In this document: one piece after another, positions 36,757 to 50,199 of the stretch | Position numbering within the stretch: position 1 is the stretch's first letter | How the letters are laid out: each line of letters begins with the position of its first letter | From: Octopus bimaculoides | Lineage: Eukaryota | Reading direction: 5' to 3' | Length of the DNA: 61,002 nt | Assembly: GCF_001194135.2 (NCBI RefSeq) | Contig: NC_068998.1 | Location: 35,752,044 to 35,813,045, forward strand | Program-made: the position numbers and the translations under genes | Notes under the pieces: model-generated | What the model was told of the DNA's origin: nothing | Databases searched by the model: none | What the model saw: only the letters and a program-made list of their open reading frames with translations

Positions 36757-37737
36757 NNNNNNNNNNNNNNNNNNNNNNNNNNNNNNNNNNNNNNNNNNNN
36801 NNNNNNNNNNNNNNNNNNNNNNNNNNNNNNNNNNNNNNNNNNNNNNNNNNNNNNNNNNNNNNNNNNNNNNNNNNNNNNNNNNNNNNNNNNNNNNNNNNNN
36901 NNNNNNNNNNNNNNNNNNNNNNNNNNNNNNNNNNNNNNNNNNNNNNNNNNNNNNNNNNNNNNNNNNNNNNNNNNNNNNNNNNNNNNNNNNNNNNNNNNNN
37001 NNNNNNNNNNNNNNNNNNNNNNNNNNNNNNNNNNNNNNNNNNNNNNNNNNNNNNNNNNNNNNNNNNNNNNNNNNNNNNNNNNNNNNNNNNNNNNNNNNNN
37101 NNNNNNNNNNNNNNNNNNNNNNNNNNNNNNNNNNNNNNNNNNNNNNNNNNNNNNNNNNNNNNNNNNNNNNNNNNNNNNNNNNNNNNNNNNNNNNNNNNNN
37201 NNNNNNNNNNNNNNNNNNNNNNNNNNNNNNNNNNNNNNNNNNNNNNNNNNNNNNNNNNNNNNNNNNNNNNNNNNNNNNNNNNNNNNNNNNNNNNNNNNNN
37301 NNNNNATAGTGTACTGTAGTGTAGGGTACAGTGGGGCGGAATTAATAGTCCAGAAAAAAACCACGAAATAAAACCATTTCAAAAATATATATAACCATTG
37401 AAAGCTGCCCTAAATGTTTCTGGAGCCCTCAACCTAATAGCAGAAAAAGGTGGAAAAGCAAAGTAATATAACATACATATAGTCTTAGATTCAACCAACC
37501 GTGTCGCAGTGAAGGGTTCTTTACTTAGATGCACTGTGAGTTACTTCTGGAAGATACACGTAATATACTTCTCCCCCCTCTCTCCTTCTTCTCGTTTCTT
37601 TTTTTATTCTTAGCTAATGTCGATGATGATGAAGATAAATATTCGGGTTGTCGCGTACATTTTGTATCCATATGCATACCGTAAGAGTAGAATAACTGTG
37701 TGTGCATGCAGCATGTATGCGTGTGTGTATACATACC

Positions 37738-37775
<38 letters not shown>

Positions 37776-37791
37776 NNNNNNNNNNNNNNNN

Positions 37792-37842
<51 letters not shown>

Positions 37843-38707
37843 GTACATATATATATATATACACACACATGTATATATGTATATACATACATATATAAAT
37901 ATATGCATATACATGTATATGTACACATACACACACACTCGCGTACACGCACACACATACGGACACACACACACACACACATACACACTCAATTGTACCA
38001 GCCATCACGCGTATCCCACAAGTAAATCCAAAGCATGTTTGCATCCAGAGAAAAGGATGGGGGGACCAAGGTACTTTGTAGTCTGGTCTGTGATTCAAGG
38101 CTAAAAATGGGTTTTCTTCAGACCAACAGAGCAAAGAATTTTGAAAGTTTTAAAGTATTTAATAATTACTTTGAAATCCAAAATTCAAGAAAACCAATTT
38201 TAGATTATTGTTGTGAGCGCAAATGCATTGCTGCGAATAAACAAACATTTAGATCAGTTAAAGTATGTTTAGAAAGTCGTATTCGCTGCTAATTTCCCCG
38301 CTGGAGCTTTCTCGCTGTAGACAATTAACGTGGAAGACCAAATCATTTCAAGGCGCTCTCGCCGGCAGAACGATTAATGCATTTCTAGCTTCTTGGTTAC
38401 CCTCAGCATCGCGTATCGCAAGAGAGACAACCCTAAAATAACTTCGCAGACATTTTTGTCCTTATAATAAATCAGTATCAAAACAGGGACTAATCACGCG
38501 CGACGCCGACTGTAGGTAAACAAAATATTATGGTTACCATACATACATACACACATACATACATACATACATACATACATACATACATACATGCATGCAT
38601 ATATACATATATCATACATGCATACATACATACATGCATACATATGTGGGTGCGTGTGGGGTGCGCGCGTGCGTGCGTGTATTCATGAATGTATGTATGT
38701 ATGTTTG

Positions 38708-40022
38708 TATACACAAAAAGTTCTCGGACTACTACTGTGGCGCGCCAGCAGATTCCAGCACACGGTTGCGTGAGGCAGTGAGAGCTAGCAGCGACCTTCA
38801 TGACATAGTGCGCCGAATGACATCGCTGTTTAATTCGCAAGTTGTGAAATTTGTGTTTTTGGGATCATGTGTACGCTGTAGTCTGCGATTTTATCATGGA
38901 TAGGAAGTAGGGACAGAGAGCCAACGTGAAATTTTGCGTTAAACTTGGGAAGTCTGCTATTGAGACATTGAGCATGCTTTAGCAAGATTACAGTGATGAG
39001 GTAATGGTCGTACGCAAAGTTTCGAGTGGTACGGACGCTTCAAAAGTGGAAGAACGTCCCCGGAAGACGATGAGCGATCTGGAAGACCTTCAATAAGCGT
39101 CACCCCTGGAAATGTAGAGAAAATTGATCAGCGTGTGCAAGAAGATCCTCGAATGGCAATCAGTGACATTCTGATGTTGTTAGTCTGTCGTGTGGGTCCG
39201 TGCAGGCAATCCTAACATTTTAATTGAATATACAGCGTATCTCTGCCAAGTTTGTCCCTACTTGCTGACCACTGAGCAGTAAGAATATCGTATCGAAATC
39301 TGACAGGATCTCCGCCAGCGTGCCGCTGATGACCCATCCTTCATGTCGAGGATCATCACCGGTGACGAGAGTTGGGTCTACGGGTAAGACCCTGAGACGA
39401 AGCAGCAGTTGTCACAATGGAAAAAAAGCTTTCATTTTCACGACCGAAGAAGACACGAAAGAACAATCAAGAGCATGCTCATCCGTTTTTTTTTACTTCC
39501 TCGGTATTGTGTATCGAGAACTCGTCCTCCAGGGCCAGGCCATCAATCGAGAGTTCTACTGCAATATTTTGAAGCGTCTGAAGGAGGACATTCGGCAAAA
39601 AGCAACTGGATTTGCGGAGTTTGAAGAATTTGTATTCTTCACGACAACAAGGCACCCTGTCACTGAGCTCTCCTCACTCATGAGTTTCTAGCCAAAAAAC
39701 AACATGGTATCGCTTCCGCCCCTGCCCTATTCGCCAGATTTAGCACCTGTAGACTTCCATCTTTTCCCCAAGATGAAAATGCAGCTCAAAGGTCGCCATT
39801 TTAACACTGTTGTCGAGATCAAGAACGAACCACGGAAGGTCCTCGACTCTCTTACAGAAAACGACTTTTAGTCTGGATTCCAAAAGTGGCAGGAACGCTG
39901 GGACCGATATATTGCTGCTCAAGGTGATTATTTCGAAGAAAATTTTTAAAACCTAGATAAATATGTTTTTTTTTTCTTTTTATTAAACATAACTAGTCCG
40001 GGAACGTTTTGATACCACCTCG
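38708..40022 (+). mobile_element. Mariner (irritans-like), near full length, transposase pseudogene
   Basis: QRANVKFCVKLGKSAIETLSML, FEWYGRFKSGR..EDDERSGRP, IITGDESWVYG, HDN and YSPDLAPVDFHLFPKMK. Right TIR AGTCCGGGAACGTTTTGATACCACCTCG+TA, with a decayed left TIR. Confidence 0.93.
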
Positions 40023-40199
40023 TATGTATGCATGTAAAATTCCCGTAAAATTATTAAAGAAAAGAAAATTTCGGCAAGAGGAGCGTAAGTGTTTCACCAT
40101 CCTTGTTCTAACTAGTGATCACGTGATCGACCAGACAATCGGATGTTGTTATACATTGCTGTTCACAATGCGCTTTTATTGCATTGTTTTTAACTTTCG

Positions 40200-40386
40200 A
40201 GTGATGCCACCCGGTGGCCAGTCGCCGCAGGGTTACCCATTTACAGCAGAGGGATGGACTGTAGCAACGTGAAATGAAATGTTTTTTTTACTTAAGATCA
40301 CGATGCGCCGCTCGGTCCTGGAATCGAACCCACGATTTTGTGATCCAGGGTGCAACATACTAACCCCTAGGCTACGCGTCTTCACT
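40200..40386 (-). mobile_element. tRNA-derived SINE family D, 5' part
   Basis: The minus strand reads GTGAAGACGCGTAGCCTAGGGGTTAG..GGGTTCGATTCCAGGACCGAGCGGCGCATCGTG (A and B boxes). Confidence 0.75.
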
Positions 40387-41113
40387 GTCATAATTAGTGA
40401 AAGTAGAAAAGCATAGGAGACATAGAGACAGCCTAGGAGTGAGTGAGATACAGAGGGTGAGAGGGAAATAGAAAGAGAAGGGGAGGAGGGACGAAGCTAG
40501 AATTTCAAATATGGGTGGTCTGTGAAGATATCTTACAAAGTACAATAAACCATGAGACCTACTTCAAAGGTCCCATGCATATCGAAACCGCAATGCCTCC
40601 ATTTCCAGATTTATATGTTGTTTGTATTTTGAGATCATAATTTTGCACTGAATTTTTACCTCATGCCGCATTTTTAGAAAATCAAATATTTAGTGTATTT
40701 AAATAAACAAAGTAAATAAGTGCGTCACTCACACACACACACACATACACGTGTGTGTGTGTACGTAATATATATACATATGCATTTATATATATATATA
40801 NNNNNNNNNNNNNNNNNNNNNNNNNNNNNNNNNNNNNNNNNNNNNNNNNNNNNNNNNNNNNNNNNNNNNNNNNNNNNNNNNNNNNNNNNNNNNNNNNNNN
40901 NNNNNNNNNNNNNNNNNNNNNNNNNNNNNNNNNNNNNNNNNNNNNNNNNNNNNNNNNNNNNNNNNNNNNNNNNNNNNNNNNNNNNNNNNNNNNNNNNNNN
41001 NNNNNNNNNNNNNNNNNNNNNNNNNNNNNNNNNNNNNNNNNNNNNNNNNNNNNNNNNNNNNNNNNNNNNNNNNNNNNNNNNNNNNNNNNNNNNNNNNNNN
41101 NNNNNNNNNNNNN

Positions 41114-41169
<56 letters not shown>

Positions 41170-41539
41170 CCTTTGGTATTCGTATCATGCGTATACATTC
41201 ATACACACGTATACGCGTATGCGCAAACATTCAGTCCTGCATTCAAATATGGCAAACACTTCTTTCAAGGGTGTGTTAGAACATTTCACATTTCGGAAGT
41301 TTATAATACCGAAACCTGTGTTTACCCTAAAAAGCTGGGTATCTTGGTTTGGAAGTTGATTCAATCTAATCTTTCATGAATTGCTGTTTAAAATAAAACG
41401 ATGCCAAGTGAAGGGGGGACGCAAAGATGGAAGTAATGAAGCCATGTGTATGGCGGAGTGATAGGGTGGAGTTGGACGGAGAAAATGACGAAGATGCAAG
41501 ATAATGGGTATATACTAAAAGAGGAAGAGATAGGGGTTT

Positions 41540-42465
41540 CAAATGTTGGCACAAGGCCATTAAATTTAGTGGGTGCGGAGTGGATAAGTCGATTGCATCG
41601 ACACAAGTGCTCAACCGATACTTGATTTTATCGACCAGAAAGGACGAAAAGCAAAGGGTACCTCGGCGGAATTTGAACTCACAACGTAAAGCGCTAATAA
41701 TCTTTTTCTTTTTAACCGACGTGCTAACAGTTTTGCCATCTTACCGCCTTTGATAAATGATTTCAAATTTTGGCACAAATCCAGCAATTTTGGAGTTGGG
41801 TGGGATGGGGTGGACTGAGGGAGAAGCTATATCGATTACATCGATCTCAGCGCTTAACTGGTACTTATTTTATCGACTGCGAAAGGTTGGAAGGCAAACT
41901 CGACCTCGGTGGAATTTGAACACAGAATTTCAAGAAGAATTGCTGCTAATAATTTTATCCGGCTCTCTGACGGTTCAGGTATTTCATAATAATGAAAGTT
42001 CTTTCTGCTATAAACTCAAGGCCTGAAATGTTGGAGGAGTGGTTAAGTCGATTACATGAACCCCTANNNNNNNNNNNNNNNNNNNNNNNNNNNNNNNNNN
42101 NNNNNNNNNNNNNNNTTATCGAACTCGAAAGGATGAAAAGACAACCTCAACTTCTGGGAGATCTGAGCTCAGAACGTAAAGTGCCGGAAGAAATGTCACT
42201 AAGCATTTTGTTTGAAACGCTAACGGTTCTATCAGTCCGTCACTTTAATAATCCTTTCTATGATAGGCACAAGGTTTGAAATTTGAGGACGGGGGTAAAT
42301 CGAGATTACATCGACCCATTGCTCGACTGGTACTTATTTTATCGGCCCCAAAAAGGATGAAAAACAAAGCCGACCTTGGCGGAATTTGAACACAGAACGA
42401 GTAAAGGCCGGTAACCATTATTATCCAGTGTGCTAACGATTCTGCCAACTCGCGGCCTTTGAAAA
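41540..42465 (-). mobile_element. SINE family A cluster (about four tandem copies)
   Basis: Four successive family-A units in the same orientation. Confidence 0.9.
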
Positions 42466-43699
42466 GGCAGAAAGAAAAGACAATAACTCTAATGATTCTA
42501 GGCACTGGCACAAGACCACACATGTTGATGCTGTCGTTAATGTTGCTGTTGTTGTTGATGTTAGTGATTGTAGTGGTGGTATCGGTGGTGGCGGTGAGGC
42601 GGCGGCGGCGATGATGGTGGTCACCGTCAACAGTGATGATTTTGCTGCATTTGTCGTCGTCGTCGTCGTCTTCATCTTTATTGCTGTCGTCGTTGTCATC
42701 GTCGTGTTATCCCAGGACGCCGTGATATTATTCCAATTACATGTACACAGCTCCAGAACTTGTTTTTAAAATTGATGAATATACCGGATAAGTTCAGCCC
42801 TTGACAGACAAAAAGAATCATAGCGGAAAAACCGCGTCACCCAGAGAGCCAACGCAGATACAGACGAGGAAACGAAACGTTAGTAAAAAGGATATTTTGT
42901 AGATGATGGAATTAGTTTACTCAAATGCAATATAAACACCATGCTTTACATTACCCTTGTGTCCTGAACTTCTGATAAAAGTTTCAATAACCGTGATCTC
43001 GCAAGAACTCACAGTAAAGAAAATGGAAATGAATACCAGCAGAGTGATTTTATTCGACAATCTAACGCCTCTGTCACTTCGCCATCTTGGTGTAACTTAC
43101 TGGTACGTTTGTTGAGAAACGGAATTCAGAATCGTACACGCTGTTTTTGACCTTAATACTATTACTACTACGACTACTACTACTACTCTTCCTACTAGCG
43201 CTGCTGCTATCTCATGGTATTTTAGAGTAATAGATATAACAAATTCATATAAAAAATCCACCGAGTGTAATGGCATACCACATCATTTATACGTACAAAA
43301 CCATAAAACATAAAAATTTCGAAAGGCGTGTGGGATAGGACAAGTAAGTTATATAAAAACGGAGGTGTGTAAAAGGCGTTATACAATAAACGTGAGAACA
43401 GGTTTTTAAATTTATAGAAAAAAATACAAGTAATTGTATAGAATAATCTAAAAGACTATAATAAAATACGTAATAAATGAAAACAAGGTTTGATTTTAAA
43501 GGAGGCAAACTGCCTACACATAGGCAGGAAGCTCTACCTACGTTGGTCAGGGTACGCTGCGTTACGTCCTGATTACGAAAGCTCTCATAACCTCTGCATA
43601 TGATGTTCGTCACTGGAAAGGCTTGAGCCTTCCACGTGGAGTGTTTTGTCGTAAAATTACATAAAAGTTACGAAACTCCTTCAACCATTAACCGGTCTT

Positions 43700-44024
43700 T
43701 TTGTGGTTCGCGTAATCCGATCCGTTTCAGTCGGTCCTACGAAGGAATGTACAATTTAAATCTAAATGGTAAGAGTTTTCTCAGCACAGGAGACAGATTT
43801 CTTCTTACCAGAGAAAAGGATTTCTTCATGTATGACATCCAAGAATGCCTCCATGTCAACATTTTTCTAATTGCCTTTTTGTCCAATACCTTTTCTGGTG
43901 TATGTTGGTACCAAGCACCCATTACCTCGTATCCATACTTCCGGCATAGTAGCCAGTGAAGGTTTGGGGCTACCTTGTCATGTCTGTGTCTGTACTCCTT
44001 CTGCACAAGACTCTCACAAGCATT
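43700..44024 (-). mobile_element. 5'-truncated R4/Dong-like LINE beginning at an (AAT)n array
   Basis: (AAT)8, then ACESLVQKEYRHRHDKVAPNLHWLLCRKYG..WYQHTPEKVL. Confidence 0.85.
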
Positions 44025-44049
44025 ATTATTATTATTATTATTATTATAA

Positions 44050-44156
44050 CACAATTGAGAGGGTTGACGACGAGTAATTTCCTCTTTGGTCAAGGCCTTT
44101 TTGACCTTTTAAGGTTCCACCTGAAAAGGAAAGTGAGGCTGGAGAGGGAGTTCATT
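44050..44156 (+). mobile_element. Tx1-like LINE ORF2 C-terminal fragment starting after (TTA)n
   Basis: FGQGLFDLLRFHLKRKVRLERE matches the C-terminus of the long element (~49790-49830, FHLVRKMRVERE). Runs into a gap. Confidence 0.7.
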
Positions 44157-44649
44157 NNNNNNNNNNNNNNNNNNNNNNNNNNNNNNNNNNNNNNNNNNNN
44201 NNNNNNNNNNNNNNNNNNNNNNNNNNNNNNNNNNNNNNNNNNNNNNNNNNNNNNNNNNNNNNNNNNNNNNNNNNNNNNNNNNNNNNNNNNNNNNNNNNNN
44301 NNNNNNNNNNNNNNNNNNNNNNNNNNNNNNNNNNNNNNNNNNNNNNNNNNNNNNNNNNNNNNNNNNNNNNNNNNNNNNNNNNNNNNNNNNNNNNNNNNNN
44401 NNNNNNNNNNNNNNNNNNNNNNNNNNNNNNNNNNNNNNNNNNNNNNNNNNNNNNNNNNNNNNNNNNNNNNNNNNNNNNNNNNNNNNNNNNNNNNNNNNNN
44501 NNNNNNNNNNNNNNNNNNNNNNNNNNNNNNNNNNNNNNNNNNNNNNNNNNNNNNNNNNNNNNNNNNNNNNNNNNNNNNNNNNNNNNNNNNNNNNNNNNNN
44601 NNNNNNNNNNNNNNNNNNNNTAATCATTCGTAATACAGTGTAGGTAAAA

Positions 44650-44916
44650 ATGCACTGGAGTCTTTAGTCATCTGTCAAGTCACAACAAGGACCTCAGACA
44701 GATAATACTTTCCTTAAGATGTGCGCTATGACAAATAAGGCTGCTTTTTGCAAGACATCAATCTTACATGGGATTTCCAGTTGCCTTAAGAAGCCTTGAA
44801 GGAGGTGATTTGAAGCGTACCACCGAAAGCCTGATCATTGCTGCACAAGACCATGCTCTCTCTACCTATTCAGAGAAGTATAACATCTATAAAACTTCTG
44901 ACGCCTAGAAATGCAG

Positions 44917-44918
<2 letters not shown>
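44650..44918 (+). mobile_element. R4/Dong-like LINE fragment
   Basis: TESLIIAAQDHALST..KCR corresponds to the ETEGLIxAAQDQ..T motif just before the CCHC knuckle. Confidence 0.7.
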
Positions 44919-44950
<32 letters not shown>

Positions 44951-45189
44951 TCACTGTGGAAGACATAAGACGTGTTTTCAAACGCTCCAGGTTGGTGCAG
45001 CTTAAAACATTCATTTACACCGGTTTTGTGCTTATTTGCATTATTTATTTTATTCCACGTCGTCAATAGAAACACCCGAAACCGGTTACTGGTTTTCTAC
45101 GGTTGTTTAGCCCCACTAGAGGCTATATTCGGCCCACCAACTAAGGTCAGTGGGTGGTTAATTTAATTTAAGCAAACACAACTCAACAA

Positions 45190-47183
45190 AATGGTGGAGC
45201 GAGTCTTGAAAGAGTTGAGAAAAAAACAAAACAAATTCCCCCACGAATCTGGTGACCGCTGAAGACTTCCTTCCCCTTCCTTCCGCTACTGGCAACAATA
45301 CAGGTGAAGGGGAGGAGAAAAACGAAACTGTTACGGTATAAAGTCCACCTCGTAGTACTGGCAGTAGTAGTAGTAACAGCAACAGCGGTGGTAGTCACAA
45401 CAGCAGAAGTAGCAACAGTGAGAGTAGCAGCAGTAGTGGTGATTGCAACAACAACAACAAAAGAGACAGCGACTGCAGTGGCAGTAGCGATAGCAACAAC
45501 AGCAACAACGATAGCAAAAATGACAACAGCAACATCAACAAAACCAATACCAACGACATCGACAACAACAACGACAACAACAACGGCAGCAGCAGCAGCA
45601 ACAACAACAACGAGAACATTACCAACAACAAAAGCACGTTCGCGGCAGCAGCAGCGAAAAAGAAGCAACGTTTTACCGTGGACCTCACAAATAGGGACGA
45701 AATGCTAACGCAGATGATGGAAACTAATTAAACAAGTAAAAACATGGGCCAGTCTAACTACTCCGTCAGAGGCAATTGAAGCAGTGGAGAGAAGAACGGT
45801 TCTTTTCAGATGCATCTCAACAGAAACGAAAAGAGCGGCTTTAATAGCTCAAGTAGATATTGAGGCAGTGCTGAGGTGCATCAGAGATGACATCGAGTAC
45901 ATAGCGAGGAGCAAGCAAACAGTACGGGACTATTTCAGTGCTGTTTAAGTCAGAAGCCTCCGCTGTGAAACATTCAATGACCCTACTGCAAAACCAGCAA
46001 AGTCATTATCTACCCCTCCACATAGGGAAACGTACAGCACGTGTGCGTATACCTAGGATCCCACTAAGGCTTGATATTTGGTGGCTTCTGGGATGCATAA
46101 TCGTGGAGGGTACGAATACTGCCCCGATAGAGGTGGCAAGAACTGCCAAAGAGGACTGGTCCGGGGTTGACTTGGAGATACTTTTCCAGATCAGACCCGA
46201 AAACATGAAAAAATCCCGGACCACATCCGTCCCCAGAAAGGGACAGGGATTCACACCATGACTGAAGGCAAAAGACCGCATTGTTTCGCGTGTGGAGAAA
46301 CGACTCATTCGGAAGCTCGCCGCCACTAACTGGTACAAAGTGCAAGGGTCAAAGGCCTCCACTGCTGCCTACGCCGGGACGAGGACCACAAACAGCACCA
46401 GCACCGGCAAAACCATTAGCAACAACACCAAAGACATTAACCACCCTAGGGGGAAACATTGAAAGCTCTCCCACCCCCTCACACCATACAAAACATACAC
46501 ACATAAGCAAGATTATAGACATACACACAGACGCACTTACAACAACAGACCCCTCATCTTCCAGTAGTGAAGATGAAGGAAAACCAAAAGGTCCCAAAAA
46601 CAAAAATGAAAGCACAAAAGAAAAACTCCATAAAGAATAATAACACCCACAGTGAGAAAAATGGAGACACGACCCACGCAAACATCTCCCCGAAAACACC
46701 AACACCATCACTATCACCAGAACCTCCCAAATACAGACAACCTAAACAGACACAAGAACAGACACCCACACAAACATCTAAAACTGCAGACACCACACTC
46801 ACAACACACACAGACACAACAGAAACGACAAGACCAATCACCACTACAGACAAGCAAACAAATTAAACAACACCAACGCAAAACATTCAACTTCGTACTC
46901 ATCAGAAGGGACAACAAGGAACTGATGGCCCCCGTAACACAAAATGTTGAATTTGAAACAAGGAGAGTGATATTCGAATCGAACACATTTCGCGTACCAG
47001 AAGATTTCCTTCTGGTGCGAATGTCGCTCGATTCCTATACAAAATTTCGAGAGAGCTTTCCGGAGGACATAGGAACCCCGAACGTGAGACCCACATCGAG
47101 GCTCTTAAAGGGATTCCCTAAAAATACCTCACCAACTATGGAGGTCGAACCACCCGACCTTCACAAGACACCCGGAGGTAACT
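45190..47183 (+). pseudogene. Tx1-like ORF1 (low-complexity N-terminus, CCHC knuckle remnant, Thr/Pro/Lys-rich tail)
   Basis: RVRIPRIP..IWWLLGCI and GKRPHCFACGETTH. Frameshifts and stops. Confidence 0.65.
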
Positions 47184-47215
47184 AAACCTTTCCCTTCTCT
47201 CTTTAGCTTGCCAAC

Positions 47216-49900
47216 ATGGCCATATTAAGAGTAGGATTTTTAAATGTTCGAGTCCTGGGGTCGCCCTGGAAGCAAGGGAGCCTACTCAACGACCTCAAGT
47301 GTCTAGAATTGGATATAATTGCTGTCAGTGACACCAGAATTTCCAATACACACGCACTGGCCCCCATCTTCTACGACTATCAGATCTTTGTATCTGATAG
47401 TCGGCCGGAAATAGGGAGTGGAGTGGCAGTTGTATGTAGGAAAGAACTGGATCTTGAGGTAAAGTCGATCTTCCGGGATCCGGACGGGAATTTGGTGATC
47501 CTGGACGTAAGCAATGGTGAATGTAGTGTCTTTAGACTGGTGGCCGTCTATACCCCTACCGGAGCCAAACGACCGGGTTTCTTTAGGCGTCTGGAAGACT
47601 TTCTAGGTACGTCTCACCCTTTACTGTTAGTAGGGAACTGGAACGGAATCTTAGATCAACGCTGGAATTGTGTGGGAGTAACTGATAGACGAGCAGGGTC
47701 CAAAAGCCTCGAGCACTTGGTCAGCCAGTTAAAACTGTCTGGCAGGTACCGACGAGATTTCCCTGATGCGCTAGTGTGGACCTGGGCCAACCGCCTAGAG
47801 TCATCCAGATCGTATATAGATAGGGTTTTCACTTGAAAAATAGATAGTAATAGTGTAAGATGTCCAATTTTTCAAACGGTCGCCTAATCAGACCATAAGT
47901 TTGTAATCTGTACGGTCGACCTAGATTAGACGCGTAGGTTAGGACCCGAGTAGGGGAAGCGGAACAAGTCGTTTCCAGCACGTAAGGCTTACAGGGACCG
48001 AGTCAACAATTTAGTTAAGCAAAAGTTGACAGTGGGGGTGGGGCTCAACAACTGGTGGTGGGCGGTTCTCAAAAAAGAGATCAGAGTAATATCGATAAGG
48101 TTTAGCAAAGAAATAGCGTTAGAAAAAATAGAAAGGAGGAGGGGTTAGTAGCTAAATTAAGCAAGGCTATTTCTAGAGGCACTGCAACCGACGTGCTAGC
48201 AGCGAGAATGGCATTAGACCAGTTCTTCAAACATAAAGGTTGCATTGTCAGAGCTAAGGCGCGTGCTCTAAGAAACGAGGGGATCAAAGCTGTTCGATGG
48301 TCCCGCGTGACAGAGGCGCAGCGTGGTAACAAACCACAGTTCGGTCTTTGACAGACCGAGACGGATACGAGCTGAGCAATTCCAGGCAGTTGCGTGAGAC
48401 CTTTCGCCATCACTTTGCTCGGTTGTTCGGTGAGAGTGGCGTGGCGGAAATGGTGGCAGACTTCAGTCCCTACCTCGACGGATTACCGCATCTATCGACG
48501 GCCGACGCTGAGGGCTATGAAAGGCAGGTAACTTCAGCCGAAATTCAAGATGCCCTTGTCAGCTGCACGAAGCGCAAGTAATCCAGTTTAGATGGTCTGC
48601 CCTATGAACTTTACGTAAATATGCCAGACGTATTCTCCGATCTCCTCAAAGCGCTCTACTGCAACTGGCAGCAGAACGGGAGTATTCCCAGTTCTGTAAG
48701 CCGGGCATAGTGACGCTGAAAGACGTAAACAAGGGAGACACATTAGATAACTTCAGGTCCATAATTCTGTTTAAGACAAGGTTTAAGATTGTGGCCAAGG
48801 TATTAGCGAAGAGATTGGCGCTTGTCGTCGAGGATTTGATTGGAGAGGTACAAACCTGCGCAATCCCGATTAGGTCCATACACGACAACCTCCACCTCAT
48901 GCGATACATCATAGAAAGCGTAGAGTGTAAACCTGGCTTCGGTGGGGCGCTAATCAATTTAGATCAATCGAAAGCATTCGATAGGGTCGACCATCGATAT
49001 CTAGAGGCAGTCCTCAAAGCGGCTGGCTTCGGCCTCGTCTTCAGAGGTTGGATCGCTGCAATGCACAGCGGCATCTGCTCAGTGGTCAAAGTTAATGGCC
49101 ACCTCTCGGAACCGTTTTAGATCTCCCGATTGGTCCTTCAAGAGTGCCTTCTCTCCTCCCTTCTGTAGGCATTGACTCTTAAGCCTTTACTACGGAAGCT
49201 GGAGCTGCTACAGGACATCCCGCTCATGCCAGGACGCAGAAGGGCTGTGTCGGCTTATGCGGACGACATCACCGTGATTGGTGTCGGACACCTCAGAAAT
49301 CAAGGTGTTCGGTACATCATTGGACTAATATGCAAAGTTGACAGGAGCAAAACTTAACCCGGAAAAGTCGGTAGGCATACAACTCGGCACCTGGAGAGGC
49401 AAGTCCATGCTGTCCAACAGCGTCGTTGGGCGCTGGACGGACGGACCGGGAAAGTTGCTTGGGGTTTGGTTCGGACCAGACCTCCAGGTGGATAAGAATT
49501 GAGACAAGATGACGAGTAGGGTAGCCAGTCTCACCCAGAAATGAGCTATGAGGAATCTGTCACTGAAAGAGGTGGCGAATGCCAGTGTCTTTGCATTACT
49601 GACTTGTGGAGTTATGTTGAACAGCTGTTATCACATGTTGGACGGATCCGGCTATCGGCCGAGTCTATAGTGAAGATCGATCTGCTGCCTTCCATTGGTC
49701 CGATAGCAGTAGCGAAAGAGGTGGACCAGGCTGAAAGGACTGAAGACGGACACTTTCCTCTTCGGCCAATCCCTCATCAACTTTTTCAAATTTCACTTGG
49801 TAAGGAAGATGAGGGTGGAGAGAGAAGTGCTGCCCCCATCAGTACATATGCTAAAAGGTGGGTGAATATAGCGAAAATGTGAGTGGACCTACTCTAATAA
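47216..49900 (+). pseudogene. Tx1-like ORF2: APE endonuclease + reverse transcriptase
   Basis: GFLNVR, DIIAVSDTR, VAVY.P, VGNWN and SYIDRV (APE). PGLDGLPYELY, KIVAKVLAKRL, LINLDQSKAFDRVDH and SAYADDITV (RT). Confidence 0.95.
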
Positions 49901-50199
49901 TGCGCCTGTAGGCTAGTGAATTTGAGAGGGAGAGGGGTGCCCTTCCCGGATGCCCTCGAAGAGTCGAGTGGTCCAGGATTGGTGAGGTACATGATTCAAC
50001 CCCAGGTGGTTACCCCCCTATTGGGGAACTTTCATCGCTATATTCTTTTTGTTTGATATTATTATTGTTTTGGTTGTATACTCGTTGTTTTGTGTAAAAT
50101 CCCCACTGTCTACCTCTACTGCATTGTTCCCTATATGTCGGCCCTGGTGGCCAATAAATGAAATAATAATAATTATTATTATTATCATTTAAAACAGGT

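Larger units (their letters stand above)
44951..50160 (+). mobile_element. Near full-length Tx1/L1-clade LINE (~5.2 kb), inactivated
   Basis: Two-ORF layout and an AATAAA-containing 3' end. Bounded by (TTA)n on the left and an AAT/TTA array on the right. The 5' boundary is inferred. Confidence 0.85.

Noticed and set aside
44919-44950. (TTA)n after the plus-strand Dong fragment as that element's tail
   Set aside because: The fragment breaks mid-ORF, so this is not a natural 3' end. The array is better assigned to the following Tx1-like element. It is noted as an exception to the AAT polarity.
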